This document shows, piece by piece, positions 8,148 through 14,765 of a stretch of 14,765 nt of DNA; the stretch's first letter is position 1, and every line of letters begins with the position of its first letter. Made by a program: the position numbers and the translations under genes. Location: IMG/VR virus record IMGVR_UViG_2547132272_000009; one strand, written 5' to 3'. The stretch comes from a virus (Duplodnaviria; Heunggongvirae; Uroviricota; Caudoviricetes). The notes under the pieces are model-generated. The model was not told the origin of the DNA. It saw only the letters and a program-made list of their open reading frames with translations, and did no database searches.

Positions 8148-8961
8148 GTTTGCCTTTCTCCGTTAAAAATTCGTCGGGTAGTTTCTGAGGGGCGTAGATC
8201 GGCAGTGCATCGCAACTGCAATAAACCTCCTCCCCGGCAGCAGTGATTTCGTCATAAAAACCATATACGGGCTTAATCAGCCCCTGCTCCAGCGCCCACG
8301 AATCGCGGAGGAGATAAATTTTCTCGTCGCGCTCTTTGTGGTCCTGTCGGTATTTGTAGCCCGGACGCCGCCAGTTAGAATGCCAGCGCAGAGCAATCGC
8401 TCCACTCTGAACAGCCAGCAGATACTTAACGTTGCTTGCCAGCTTATGCCCCTGGTCAATTGCCACCCGGCGACTGATAAAATCCATATCCTTCACGGAC
8501 TTCTGAAACCCGGCCTTCACTTCCCGGCGATCAATTTCGCTCACCCCGTCAGGCGGAATGGACGTAACCCACCCCTGAAAACGCTGTATGGTTTTCTCGA
8601 TGGCCTGTTCGCGGTTGAGTTTTATCAGGTTGGCACTGGCGAAAATTCGCCTGTCGAGTTCCTTGCGAAACTCAGGTTTCAGTTTTTCAACAGTGATTTT
8701 TTTAGGGCCGTCAGGAGGCTGATCCCGTAATGCCCCGCCGTCGATGACAAGACGGCTGTAGATAGCGGTGAGATGTTTTCTGGCTACGGTATCATCAGGG
8801 GTTTCTCGCTGAGCGGCTACACGGAGTTTCCGGCACCATTCGAGCAATGATTTTTCGCTATCCCACCCGTGATTCACGTAGTAGTTAACGGCATCCGTCA
8901 GAACCTCATACAGCGTCCTGATCCGTTTCTTCTTCCTCACCGCCCGGCTGGAAATTGCCAT
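8128..8961 (-). CDS. Putative head morphogenesis / minor capsid protein (about 277 aa from the ATG at 8959-8961)
   Basis: Follows the portal-like gene, as MuF/gp7-type head morphogenesis genes typically do. The track ORF extends to 9129, but that extra N-terminus lies inside the portal gene in another frame. The ATG at 8961 has an AGGAGA Shine-Dalgarno 7 nt upstream. Function is by position only. Confidence 0.4.
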   Translation of the reverse strand: MAISSRAVRKKKRIRTLYEVLTDAVNYYVNHGWDSEKSLLEWCRKLRVAAQRETPDDTVARKHLTAIYSRLVIDGGALRDQPPDGPKKITVEKLKPEFRKELDRRIFASANLIKLNREQAIEKTIQRFQGWVTSIPPDGVSEIDRREVKAGFQKSVKDMDFISRRVAIDQGHKLASNVKYLLAVQSGAIALRWHSNWRRPGYKYRQDHKERDEKIYLLRDSWALEQGLIKPVYGFYDEITAAGEEVYCSCDALPIYAPQKLPDEFLTEKGKREFNRA

Positions 8962-10342
8962 CAGGCGTCTCCTGCTTCGGTGGTTCATAATTCGCCAGCG
9001 CGTCCACATCAATGATGAGTGGAGCTTCGCCATAGGTTTGCGTGGCATTAACAAGGCTTGCCAGCCATTCAGCGAGGGCGGCGCGGTTTTCAGGATCAAC
9101 CTGTGGCGACACGGCAGAGAAAAGTGCAATCGCCTGTTGAATCACTTTACTGTCGCTTTCCCGGCGTTTGTCCGGCGACTCCTCCACCAGCTCCTGCCAC
9201 GTCGCGGTAAATTCACGTCGCCACTGGTAAAACGTGGTTTTATAGTCGTCGGTTATGATGTCCGGGTAATCATTTTTCAGCGACTGATAAAATTCCTCGT
9301 TCCAGGCGATGTACTGCACCAGGCGTTCGAAATAATCCATCACAGGTTCAATCTGCTGGCGTACACCATCGATATACTGGCTGATGGCTTTCGAGTCCTC
9401 CTTACCTTCACCGAATCCGTTACTGAACGCTTCTTCCTTGATAATAATGGCCGGAACGTCACTCCCGGCGGCAATATCAGCAATGATGTTGTCGCGGGAT
9501 GTATTCAGCGCCCCGTCGATGTTTTGCAGGTTCAGTGAACTTACGTCTTCGTCTTTTCCAATACTCAACACGCCTTTATTTTTGGCGGCTTTCACGTTTT
9601 CCCTTTTACGCCCCGTGGCAGCAGCCATGATCCCGTCAATTTTCGAACCGTTCTGCACAACTTTAGCCACCAGTACGCCTGCCTTCTGGCTGACGAGATC
9701 ATTCGCCTCCATCGTATTGATATAGGATTTCAGGGAATAAAGAACTCGCTGAAACACGCTTCGCCCGGTGAATCCGAACGATGAACTCTGAAACTCCAGA
9801 TAAATCGGTGTGCCGTTGAAGATTTTCAGTGTGCGTGACGGATGCCAGTCTTTTCCGCCAATCTTCAGTTTTTTATTGGCTTCCTGGAAAAACGGGCTGT
9901 TGGGGTTCTGGTCAGTCACCATCGAACCGGAAGCGTTCAACGGATCCCACGCGTTGATATACACGTCATCTTCTGTCAGTCCGAACGTCGGAAGCGGTTC
10001 ACGACATGAAACACTGTCGGTGCCCACGCCGATCGCTGCGGCACCGTAGCAACGAGACAGAAAAAACAGATTTTTAATCTTCTCGTTCACCTTCATGCGC
10101 TCCCACACCTCCTGGAAACGCCGCACAACCCGCTCGTCAGGGTCTGTCTCCACGTTGTACTGGCGCGGCTTACACATCGCCATAAGTATGGGTTTTTCGA
10201 CAAGTTTCCCGCCCAGCGGATGGTACTGCCACAGCAGTTTACACAGTTCATAGCCAATGTCGGTTCCCGGCTGAATTTCTTCAGCCTCAAGAATGCGCAT
10301 CAGCGAAGAACTGAGATTTACAGAAATCTCGATCTCAGCCAT
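8906..10342 (-). CDS. Putative portal protein (478 aa)
   Basis: Called from position immediately downstream of terL, size, and a strongly acidic C-terminus (GGEEEETDQDAV). No catalytic motif expected or seen. Confidence 0.6.
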   Translation of the reverse strand: MAEIEISVNLSSSLMRILEAEEIQPGTDIGYELCKLLWQYHPLGGKLVEKPILMAMCKPRQYNVETDPDERVVRRFQEVWERMKVNEKIKNLFFLSRCYGAAAIGVGTDSVSCREPLPTFGLTEDDVYINAWDPLNASGSMVTDQNPNSPFFQEANKKLKIGGKDWHPSRTLKIFNGTPIYLEFQSSSFGFTGRSVFQRVLYSLKSYINTMEANDLVSQKAGVLVAKVVQNGSKIDGIMAAATGRKRENVKAAKNKGVLSIGKDEDVSSLNLQNIDGALNTSRDNIIADIAAGSDVPAIIIKEEAFSNGFGEGKEDSKAISQYIDGVRQQIEPVMDYFERLVQYIAWNEEFYQSLKNDYPDIITDDYKTTFYQWRREFTATWQELVEESPDKRRESDSKVIQQAIALFSAVSPQVDPENRAALAEWLASLVNATQTYGEAPLIIDVDALANYEPPKQETPDGNFQPGGEEEETDQDAV

Positions 10343-10361
10343 CAGAAAAAAATCCAGATTT

Positions 10362-11690
10362 TTACAATTCCGCGTAATTACCGTGCGCGATGATCAATCC
10401 ATAGGTGTAACAATCGAAAAGGTCATCAGCACGTTTATGCGCATCTTTGTCTGCCAGGTGGAACCCGGCGATTTGTTTTATGAGGTGGTTTGCGGTGGTG
10501 CGTTTGAATGAAACGGTCTTGTCGTAAGCCTCCCGGACGATTTTGCACATCCCCTGATAGTGGTAGCTGGATGCCATCACCGCCCGTTCGTCTTTGCCCT
10601 TGCTGGTTAGTGCCGATTTAATCGGCGTCATATCCCAGCCTTCGGTTTCCGCCTTCTGGTTGAGGATTGCCCCCATCGCGGCGTCTTCCATAAAAATTCC
10701 CTGGCTGCCCAGACGCGGACGGCATAATTTCGCGAGGCGCTCGAGGTTGTCATAAACGCCGGGGATATATTCAGGAAGCAATGACGCTTTAATTTGCGTC
10801 ACATCCCAGTCAATAATCGTCAGTTTTGGCTCGTCCGAATACGTTGACTCATAAGCGAAATACACCACGCCAGTACCATCATTTTCGGTCCCGCCTTTCA
10901 ACGCCGTATCCATCACTGCGAAAATCATGTCGCAGTACGGCGGCATCTCAATTGGTTGACCGTCCACCAGCAGCTTATCGACATCGAGTAACGCGTCTTT
11001 GGACCAGTCCACGAACTCGGCAAGATATTCCTGCTGCCAGACGCGCGGATCGGATTTCTTCTCCGTTTCCTCCAGTTCTTCTTTCGGAATATACGGATTC
11101 GATGAAGTTGGCGCATGGTGCATGACAAATCCCAGGGATTCATCGTGGCATATCGCGTAGAAAAAATTGCTCTCGTCGATACCGTTTGGTGTGGAAAATA
11201 CCCACGCACAGCCGCGGTAATCGACAAGCGTCGGGCGTATAGCGCGGGGCCAGATTTCCTCGAGCATTTCCGGCGATTTAGTGAATGCGGCCTCATCAAT
11301 CAGCACAGCGTGATATTTACGCCCACGCCCGGCCAGTTTGTTATTGTCCGTTACCCAAAAGTCGATGCGCCCCCCATTACGGAGAATGATGCGCTTTTCA
11401 TTTTTTGACTGACTGAGGATCAGCGGTTGCAGAACGGCGCTAATTTCATCCCAGATTTCCTGGTACTGGCGGTATTGCGCGGTAAAAATCCCCACCCTAC
11501 CCGCGATAAGTTGCCCGGTGGTAGGAATGGCAAATTTCCGCGTAGCGAAACTGGTAGCGATGTTCACCAGCATCACCGTTTTACCCCAGCGACGACCACA
11601 GCATACCGCGTGGAAGCGTTCCTCTATTGCCGCCGTCCATGCAGCTATTTGCCCCTCATGAGGTTTTGGGAGGTAGATTTCAATCGACAT
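10362..11690 (-). CDS. terL: Terminase large subunit (ATPase plus nuclease)
   Basis: Walker A-like CCGRRWGKT near the N-terminus, Walker B-like HAVLIDEAAF, and C-terminal acidic motifs typical of the RNase H-like terminase nuclease (AVMDTALKGG..DGTG, HLADKDAHKRADDLFD). Position between the small terminase and the portal-like gene. Confidence 0.9.
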   Translation of the reverse strand: MSIEIYLPKPHEGQIAAWTAAIEERFHAVCCGRRWGKTVMLVNIATSFATRKFAIPTTGQLIAGRVGIFTAQYRQYQEIWDEISAVLQPLILSQSKNEKRIILRNGGRIDFWVTDNNKLAGRGRKYHAVLIDEAAFTKSPEMLEEIWPRAIRPTLVDYRGCAWVFSTPNGIDESNFFYAICHDESLGFVMHHAPTSSNPYIPKEELEETEKKSDPRVWQQEYLAEFVDWSKDALLDVDKLLVDGQPIEMPPYCDMIFAVMDTALKGGTENDGTGVVYFAYESTYSDEPKLTIIDWDVTQIKASLLPEYIPGVYDNLERLAKLCRPRLGSQGIFMEDAAMGAILNQKAETEGWDMTPIKSALTSKGKDERAVMASSYHYQGMCKIVREAYDKTVSFKRTTANHLIKQIAGFHLADKDAHKRADDLFDCYTYGLIIAHGNYAEL

Positions 11691-12747
11691 TATCCACTCC
11701 CGGCATCGGCAGAGAGTTGTGGATAATTATTTCGTTATTCTCACCACCCACGCCTTTTTTGAGGTTTTCAATCTCAGTGCGCAGCTTTTCGTTGCGAAGC
11801 CTCAGTCCTTCAAGCTCCAGATCATTGCGACTGTCAGTTGCACCACCAGCAGAACTTCCTTTCGTCGCCATTATCAGCTTGATAAGTTCGCGCCGGGCGG
11901 CAGCCTTATCCTCCAGCAGGATCTCAACACCAAATTTCCCGAGCTTTGCCCCTGCATATAATTGCCGCGCATCCCCATCAAGCAGAGTGGTATCAGCCAT
12001 ATAAAGCTGCCCCGTTCCCTCACCGCAGCACTTCGGGCAGTCCGGATTGGGTATGGCGTTATCAACAAAGCCGAGGCCTCCATATTCCGGCTCGGGTTTG
12101 CCATCTCTGGAGGCCTGTGCCGCTGCCTTATCGAATTCTGCAATATCACGCCACTGGTAGAGGTGATTCTCGCCCCAGCAATAACGGCAGTTAACACGGC
12201 GAAATTGTGCCAACTGATTGGGGTCGGCCTGGACAATGGCCATCAACTGACTCACCAGTAAATCCAGGTCTGCGGTATAGCGTTTCTGGTACTGATTGCG
12301 AAACCAGGAAATAGCTCTGTAAACCTTAATATTTCTTAATAACTGACTTGCACCTGCGCTTGCCGCATTCCCCTCAGATTTATACCCAGCCAGGCGGTAT
12401 GCTTCGATGAGGTTTTTACCCTGAGCAACCAGCATCGCAAACTTTGCTTGCTGGTCTGAAATGCCGAATTCAGTGGGATCGAATGAAATTTCCTGGTCGT
12501 TTCCTGTAACAGGAGGGACAACAACCACGGACTTCTTTTTCTCAGTTTTTTGCGTTCGCTTTTGCGCACTTTTTTGCGCAGTTTTGCGCAATTCTGCCTG
12601 CGCATTTTTCGGAGGTTTTTTGATGTAACGACGGGCTGTTGCGTAATTCAGTCCCCTTGCTTCACACCATGCCACCGGAGATATACCGGAGCGGGTGTAT
12701 TCAGCAATATACTCCTGCTGCAACGCCCCCCAGTCCGGTCTGCTCAT
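11680..12747 (-). CDS. terS: Terminase small subunit (N-terminal HTH, terminase-small-like core, internal Cys4 cluster, C-terminal coiled coil)
   Basis: Directly upstream of and overlapping the large terminase by 11 nt. N-terminal HTH (ISPVAWCEARGLNYATARRYIKK). Segment DQQAKFAMLVAQGKNLIEAYRLAGYKSEGNAASAGASQLLRNIKVYRAISWFRNQ resembles small-terminase (Terminase_2-type) cores. CRYC ... CPKCC cysteines. 355 aa is long for a small terminase. Confidence 0.7.
   Translation of the reverse strand: MSRPDWGALQQEYIAEYTRSGISPVAWCEARGLNYATARRYIKKPPKNAQAELRKTAQKSAQKRTQKTEKKKSVVVVPPVTGNDQEISFDPTEFGISDQQAKFAMLVAQGKNLIEAYRLAGYKSEGNAASAGASQLLRNIKVYRAISWFRNQYQKRYTADLDLLVSQLMAIVQADPNQLAQFRRVNCRYCWGENHLYQWRDIAEFDKAAAQASRDGKPEPEYGGLGFVDNAIPNPDCPKCCGEGTGQLYMADTTLLDGDARQLYAGAKLGKFGVEILLEDKAAARRELIKLIMATKGSSAGGATDSRNDLELEGLRLRNEKLRTEIENLKKGVGGENNEIIIHNSLPMPGVDNVD
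12546..12609. repeat. Phased direct repeats of TTTTGCGCA (3 full copies plus 1 partial) inside terS
   Basis: TTTTGCGCA at 12560-12568, 12572-12580 and 12582-12590, with CTGCGCATTTTT at 12598-12609. Spacing of 10-12 bp is roughly one helical turn. Encodes the AQK-repeat basic linker of TerS. Confidence 0.6.
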
Positions 12748-12750
12748 CAG

Positions 12751-13002
12751 TTAGTCCTGATTTTTATCCACCCTGAGTAGTTCGCGCAGGGCAAAGGCAT
12801 CCCCTTTTCTGGCAAGCTTAAACAATGCCGCCCGTAGCTCGGCTTCACCTTTCGCTCTGCCCTTACGGATGGACGCATAAAAATTTGTCATTGCTTCCCG
12901 ATTTTCTTTCAGTCGGTTCAGATCAACATCCAGAACGTCAGCTATTTGTTGTGCAGTCATCCGGCACGCTGCCAGAGACTCGACTTTCGAATACGGAATC
13001 AT
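12751..13002 (-). CDS. Small DNA-binding (HTH-like) protein, 83 aa
   Basis: ORF immediately upstream of terS. Segment MTAQQIADVLDVDLNRL looks like a helix-turn-helix. GGGGGTGA Shine-Dalgarno-like sequence 5-10 nt upstream of the ATG at 13000-13002. Overlaps the 3' end of the upstream gene. Confidence 0.5.
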   Translation of the reverse strand: MIPYSKVESLAACRMTAQQIADVLDVDLNRLKENREAMTNFYASIRKGRAKGEAELRAALFKLARKGDAFALRELLRVDKNQD

Positions 13003-13870
13003 TTGTCACCCCCATTGATATGCAGGGTGTCTTCTTCCTGTATTTTTCGTGAAGGATTTTTACTGCAGCATTGTTCCAGGTGACCTGATGGTGAATGCGT
13101 TTATGGCTGGCCCCCATCAGTGCGATTTTCACGCACGACGGCGCATACATGACAGAGTAAAAACTTTTAACGTAGGTACCGGAATCCAGATACAGTTCGG
13201 TCATGCCACCGCTGTTTTTTTGCGTCTGCTTCTGGCCCAACTGGACGGCGCCAACCGTCATAAACAGTTCACCACACCGTCCGAGGTTCGTGTATGTGTT
13301 CACGTCCTCATTAATGCGCCCCATGAATGAGAACGGTCGGTCAACCGAACAGATAAAGCTGTTCATTGCCTTGCGTTTCACCCACGAAGCATGGCCGCCA
13401 TTGTCACCAAGAAAATCCCCGCCCTGCGACATAGCGATGGAAAGCGCAGGAATTGATTCGTAATACGCCAGCATTTCAGAAAGGATCGCATCAAGTTTCC
13501 TTATCGGAAAATAGGCCTGGTCATAGTTGCGATCCACCCGAAACTGAAACTCGTGATAATCATCATCGAGCTGAATGAAGTATTTACACCCGACCTTTTT
13601 TGCCAGGTCAAAACAGGCATTACGGGCGTAAAAAATTGAGCGACGATCACCGAAATTATCGGCTTCGTCAAAACGACTGGCGATATCGGCTTTGGAAAAC
13701 ACCAGCACCTGTTCACCAAATTCTGCTATGTACTGATGCCGGGTTTTATCTTCATCATCAACAACGATAAAAACTTTCCCGGTATAGCCAGCACGACGCA
13801 ACGTCCGGTAAGTCAGAACTTTGTCCGGACGCCCGTGAGTCAGAATAAAGGCGCAAAAATCATCACGCAT
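12938..13870 (-). CDS. Putative GT-A fold glycosyltransferase-like protein (about 310 aa from the ATG at 13868-13870; the track's longer ORF starts at 13891)
   Basis: N-terminal pattern FCAFILTHGRPDK ... KVFIVVDDEDKT and a hydrophobic strand followed by DxD (YFIQLDDDYHEF) resemble the GT2/GT-A nucleotide-sugar-binding region. No obvious transmembrane segment. The ATG at 13870 is preceded by GGAGGAGGAGG and overlaps the end of the upstream reading frame (ATGCGTGATG), suggesting translational coupling. Fold assignment is by eye only. Confidence 0.5.
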   Translation of the reverse strand: MRDDFCAFILTHGRPDKVLTYRTLRRAGYTGKVFIVVDDEDKTRHQYIAEFGEQVLVFSKADIASRFDEADNFGDRRSIFYARNACFDLAKKVGCKYFIQLDDDYHEFQFRVDRNYDQAYFPIRKLDAILSEMLAYYESIPALSIAMSQGGDFLGDNGGHASWVKRKAMNSFICSVDRPFSFMGRINEDVNTYTNLGRCGELFMTVGAVQLGQKQTQKNSGGMTELYLDSGTYVKSFYSVMYAPSCVKIALMGASHKRIHHQVTWNNAAVKILHEKYRKKTPCISMGVTNDSVFESRVSGSVPDDCTTNS

Positions 13871-14126
13871 ATTCCTCCTCCTCCCCGCCATGCATGATCT
13901 CCACCATGCGCTGCGTCATCCGGACAAATCCATTTTCAATAGCCTGCTGATAATCAATGATCACCAGCGCCGACTCCTCAAAAAGGCTCTGAATTTCAGC
14001 GGGGGCGTGAGCGTAATAGTCCGCAATTCTGCTGAAATTAAACACCGTGTGACGTTCTGCCGCGCACAGGAGGAATTTTTCGATATCAGGCTCAAGGGAC
14101 GCCGAACGTATCCGGCTGACCAGCTC
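13863..14126 (-). pseudogene. In-frame continuation of the ParB-like gene beyond the TAG (88 codons, ends GGEEEEYA, TGA at 13863-13865)
   Basis: Same frame as 14127..14657 (14657-14045=612, divisible by 3). Hand translation of 14126..14046 gives ELVSRIRSASLEPDIEKFLLCAAERHTV with no stop, then runs into the track ORF 13863..14045. That ORF only has a GTG start and no Shine-Dalgarno, so it is unlikely to be an independent gene. Whether this is a nonsense mutation, suppressed amber or readthrough cannot be told from sequence. Confidence 0.45.
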
Positions 14127-14657
14127 CTAAGTTTTCGTATCGTCGTACAGTTCACTGATATCCGGTTTATCGCCTGACGGCTCATAAACAGGCGTATCAA
14201 TTTTCGTCGTGTACGGTTCCTCCTCATTATTTCCTGTACCGGGCAAAACATCCGTCAACAGTTCATCAATTTCTGTCGGGCTAAATCCTGTCAGGGAGAT
14301 ATCAAAATCAGCATTGATTAGGTCCGACAGCTCCATCCGTAACAGATCTTCATCCCAGCCAGCGTTGAGCGGCAGGCGATTATCTGCCAGGCGGTACGCC
14401 TTTTTCTGATCATCCGTCAGGCCAGACAGAACAATGACCGGAACAGAATCCATTTTGAGCACCTCAGCCGCCATCACGCGACCGTGACCAGCAATAATTT
14501 CGCCCTTTTCGTCAATCAGCACCGGATTGGTCCAGCCGAATTGCTTAATGCTTTCTACCAGTTGTGCCACCTGCTCAGGGCTGTGTGTCCTGGCGTTGTG
14601 CGCATACGGAGACAGTTTTTGTAACGGGCGATAGACGATCTTCAATTTCTCGCTCAT
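14127..14657 (-). CDS. ParB-like nuclease domain protein, N-terminal part (176 aa), ends at an in-frame TAG
   Basis: N-terminal region KIVYRPLQKLSPYAHNARTHSPEQVAQLVESIKQFGWTNPVLIDEKGEIIAGHGRVMAAEVLKMDSVPVIVL matches the ParB/sulfiredoxin-type nuclease domain pattern (NxR...SI...G...P.....G....I.GHGR). ATG at 14655-14657. Stop is TAG at 14127-14129, the only in-frame TAG terminating any predicted gene in the window. Confidence 0.8.
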   Translation of the reverse strand: MSEKLKIVYRPLQKLSPYAHNARTHSPEQVAQLVESIKQFGWTNPVLIDEKGEIIAGHGRVMAAEVLKMDSVPVIVLSGLTDDQKKAYRLADNRLPLNAGWDEDLLRMELSDLINADFDISLTGFSPTEIDELLTDVLPGTGNNEEEPYTTKIDTPVYEPSGDKPDISELYDDTKT

Positions 14658-14765
14658 ACAGCCTCGCTTGATGAATAAAAAAGCTCACTAACAGCCAGTG
14701 CGCTGGGTGCGCGGCGGGTGCTGTTGGTGAGCCTGGCATTATCGCAGCCCCTCACTGAAGGGCTG

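Noticed and set aside
13863-14045. Track ORF of 60 aa as an independent small gene
   Set aside because: It starts at GTG with no Shine-Dalgarno and is in frame with the ParB-like ORF across a single TAG. It is better explained as that gene's C-terminal portion.
2561-14251. Other nested minus-strand ORFs (2561..2812, 3244..3468, 3926..4195, 8277..8459, 10093..10290, 10925..11299, 11874..12236, 12336..12605, 13501..13719, 13961..14251)
   Set aside because: They lie wholly inside longer ORFs in another frame, with Arg/Ser/Cys-rich compositions typical of off-frame translation.
501-14409. All 31 plus-strand ORFs in the track (for example 9038..9538, 11627..12004, 13049..13330)
   Set aside because: Each lies antisense to a well-supported minus-strand gene in a densely packed operon. 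Many have low-complexity or Ser/Arg-rich translations and none has a convincing start context. Treated as shadow ORFs.
1-14765. Searched for tRNA, rRNA, CRISPR repeats, integrase, att sites and toxin-antitoxin-like small gene pairs
   Set aside because: No cloverleaf-like or repeat-spacer structure was seen, and there is essentially no intergenic space. The window is entirely late structural and packaging genes.

Overview
This window is a dense, co-directional (all minus-strand) packaging and virion-structural gene block of a tailed phage or prophage with a contractile-tail layout. Only the large terminase, small terminase and ParB-like calls rest on motifs I can read directly; most other products are assigned from size and gene order and should be treated as provisional. 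Reading from high to low coordinates: a ParB-like nuclease-domain gene broken by one in-frame TAG, a GT-A-like (DxD) putative glycosyltransferase, a small HTH protein, terminase small and large subunits, a portal-like gene, a head-morphogenesis-like gene, a scaffold-like gene with Ala/Glu/Lys tandem repeats, a putative major capsid gene followed by a terminator-like hairpin, four small connector-type genes, putative tail sheath and tube, and an overlapping ORF pair at the tail-assembly-chaperone position joined at a U UUU UUU slippery run. Genes are tightly packed with many start/stop overlaps. I see no tRNA, rRNA, CRISPR array, integrase or att site. The most interesting candidates are the ParB-like/GT-A-like pair upstream of the terminase (a possible DNA-modification module, by inference only) and the putative -1 recoding site. 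All plus-strand ORFs in the track look like antisense artefacts.
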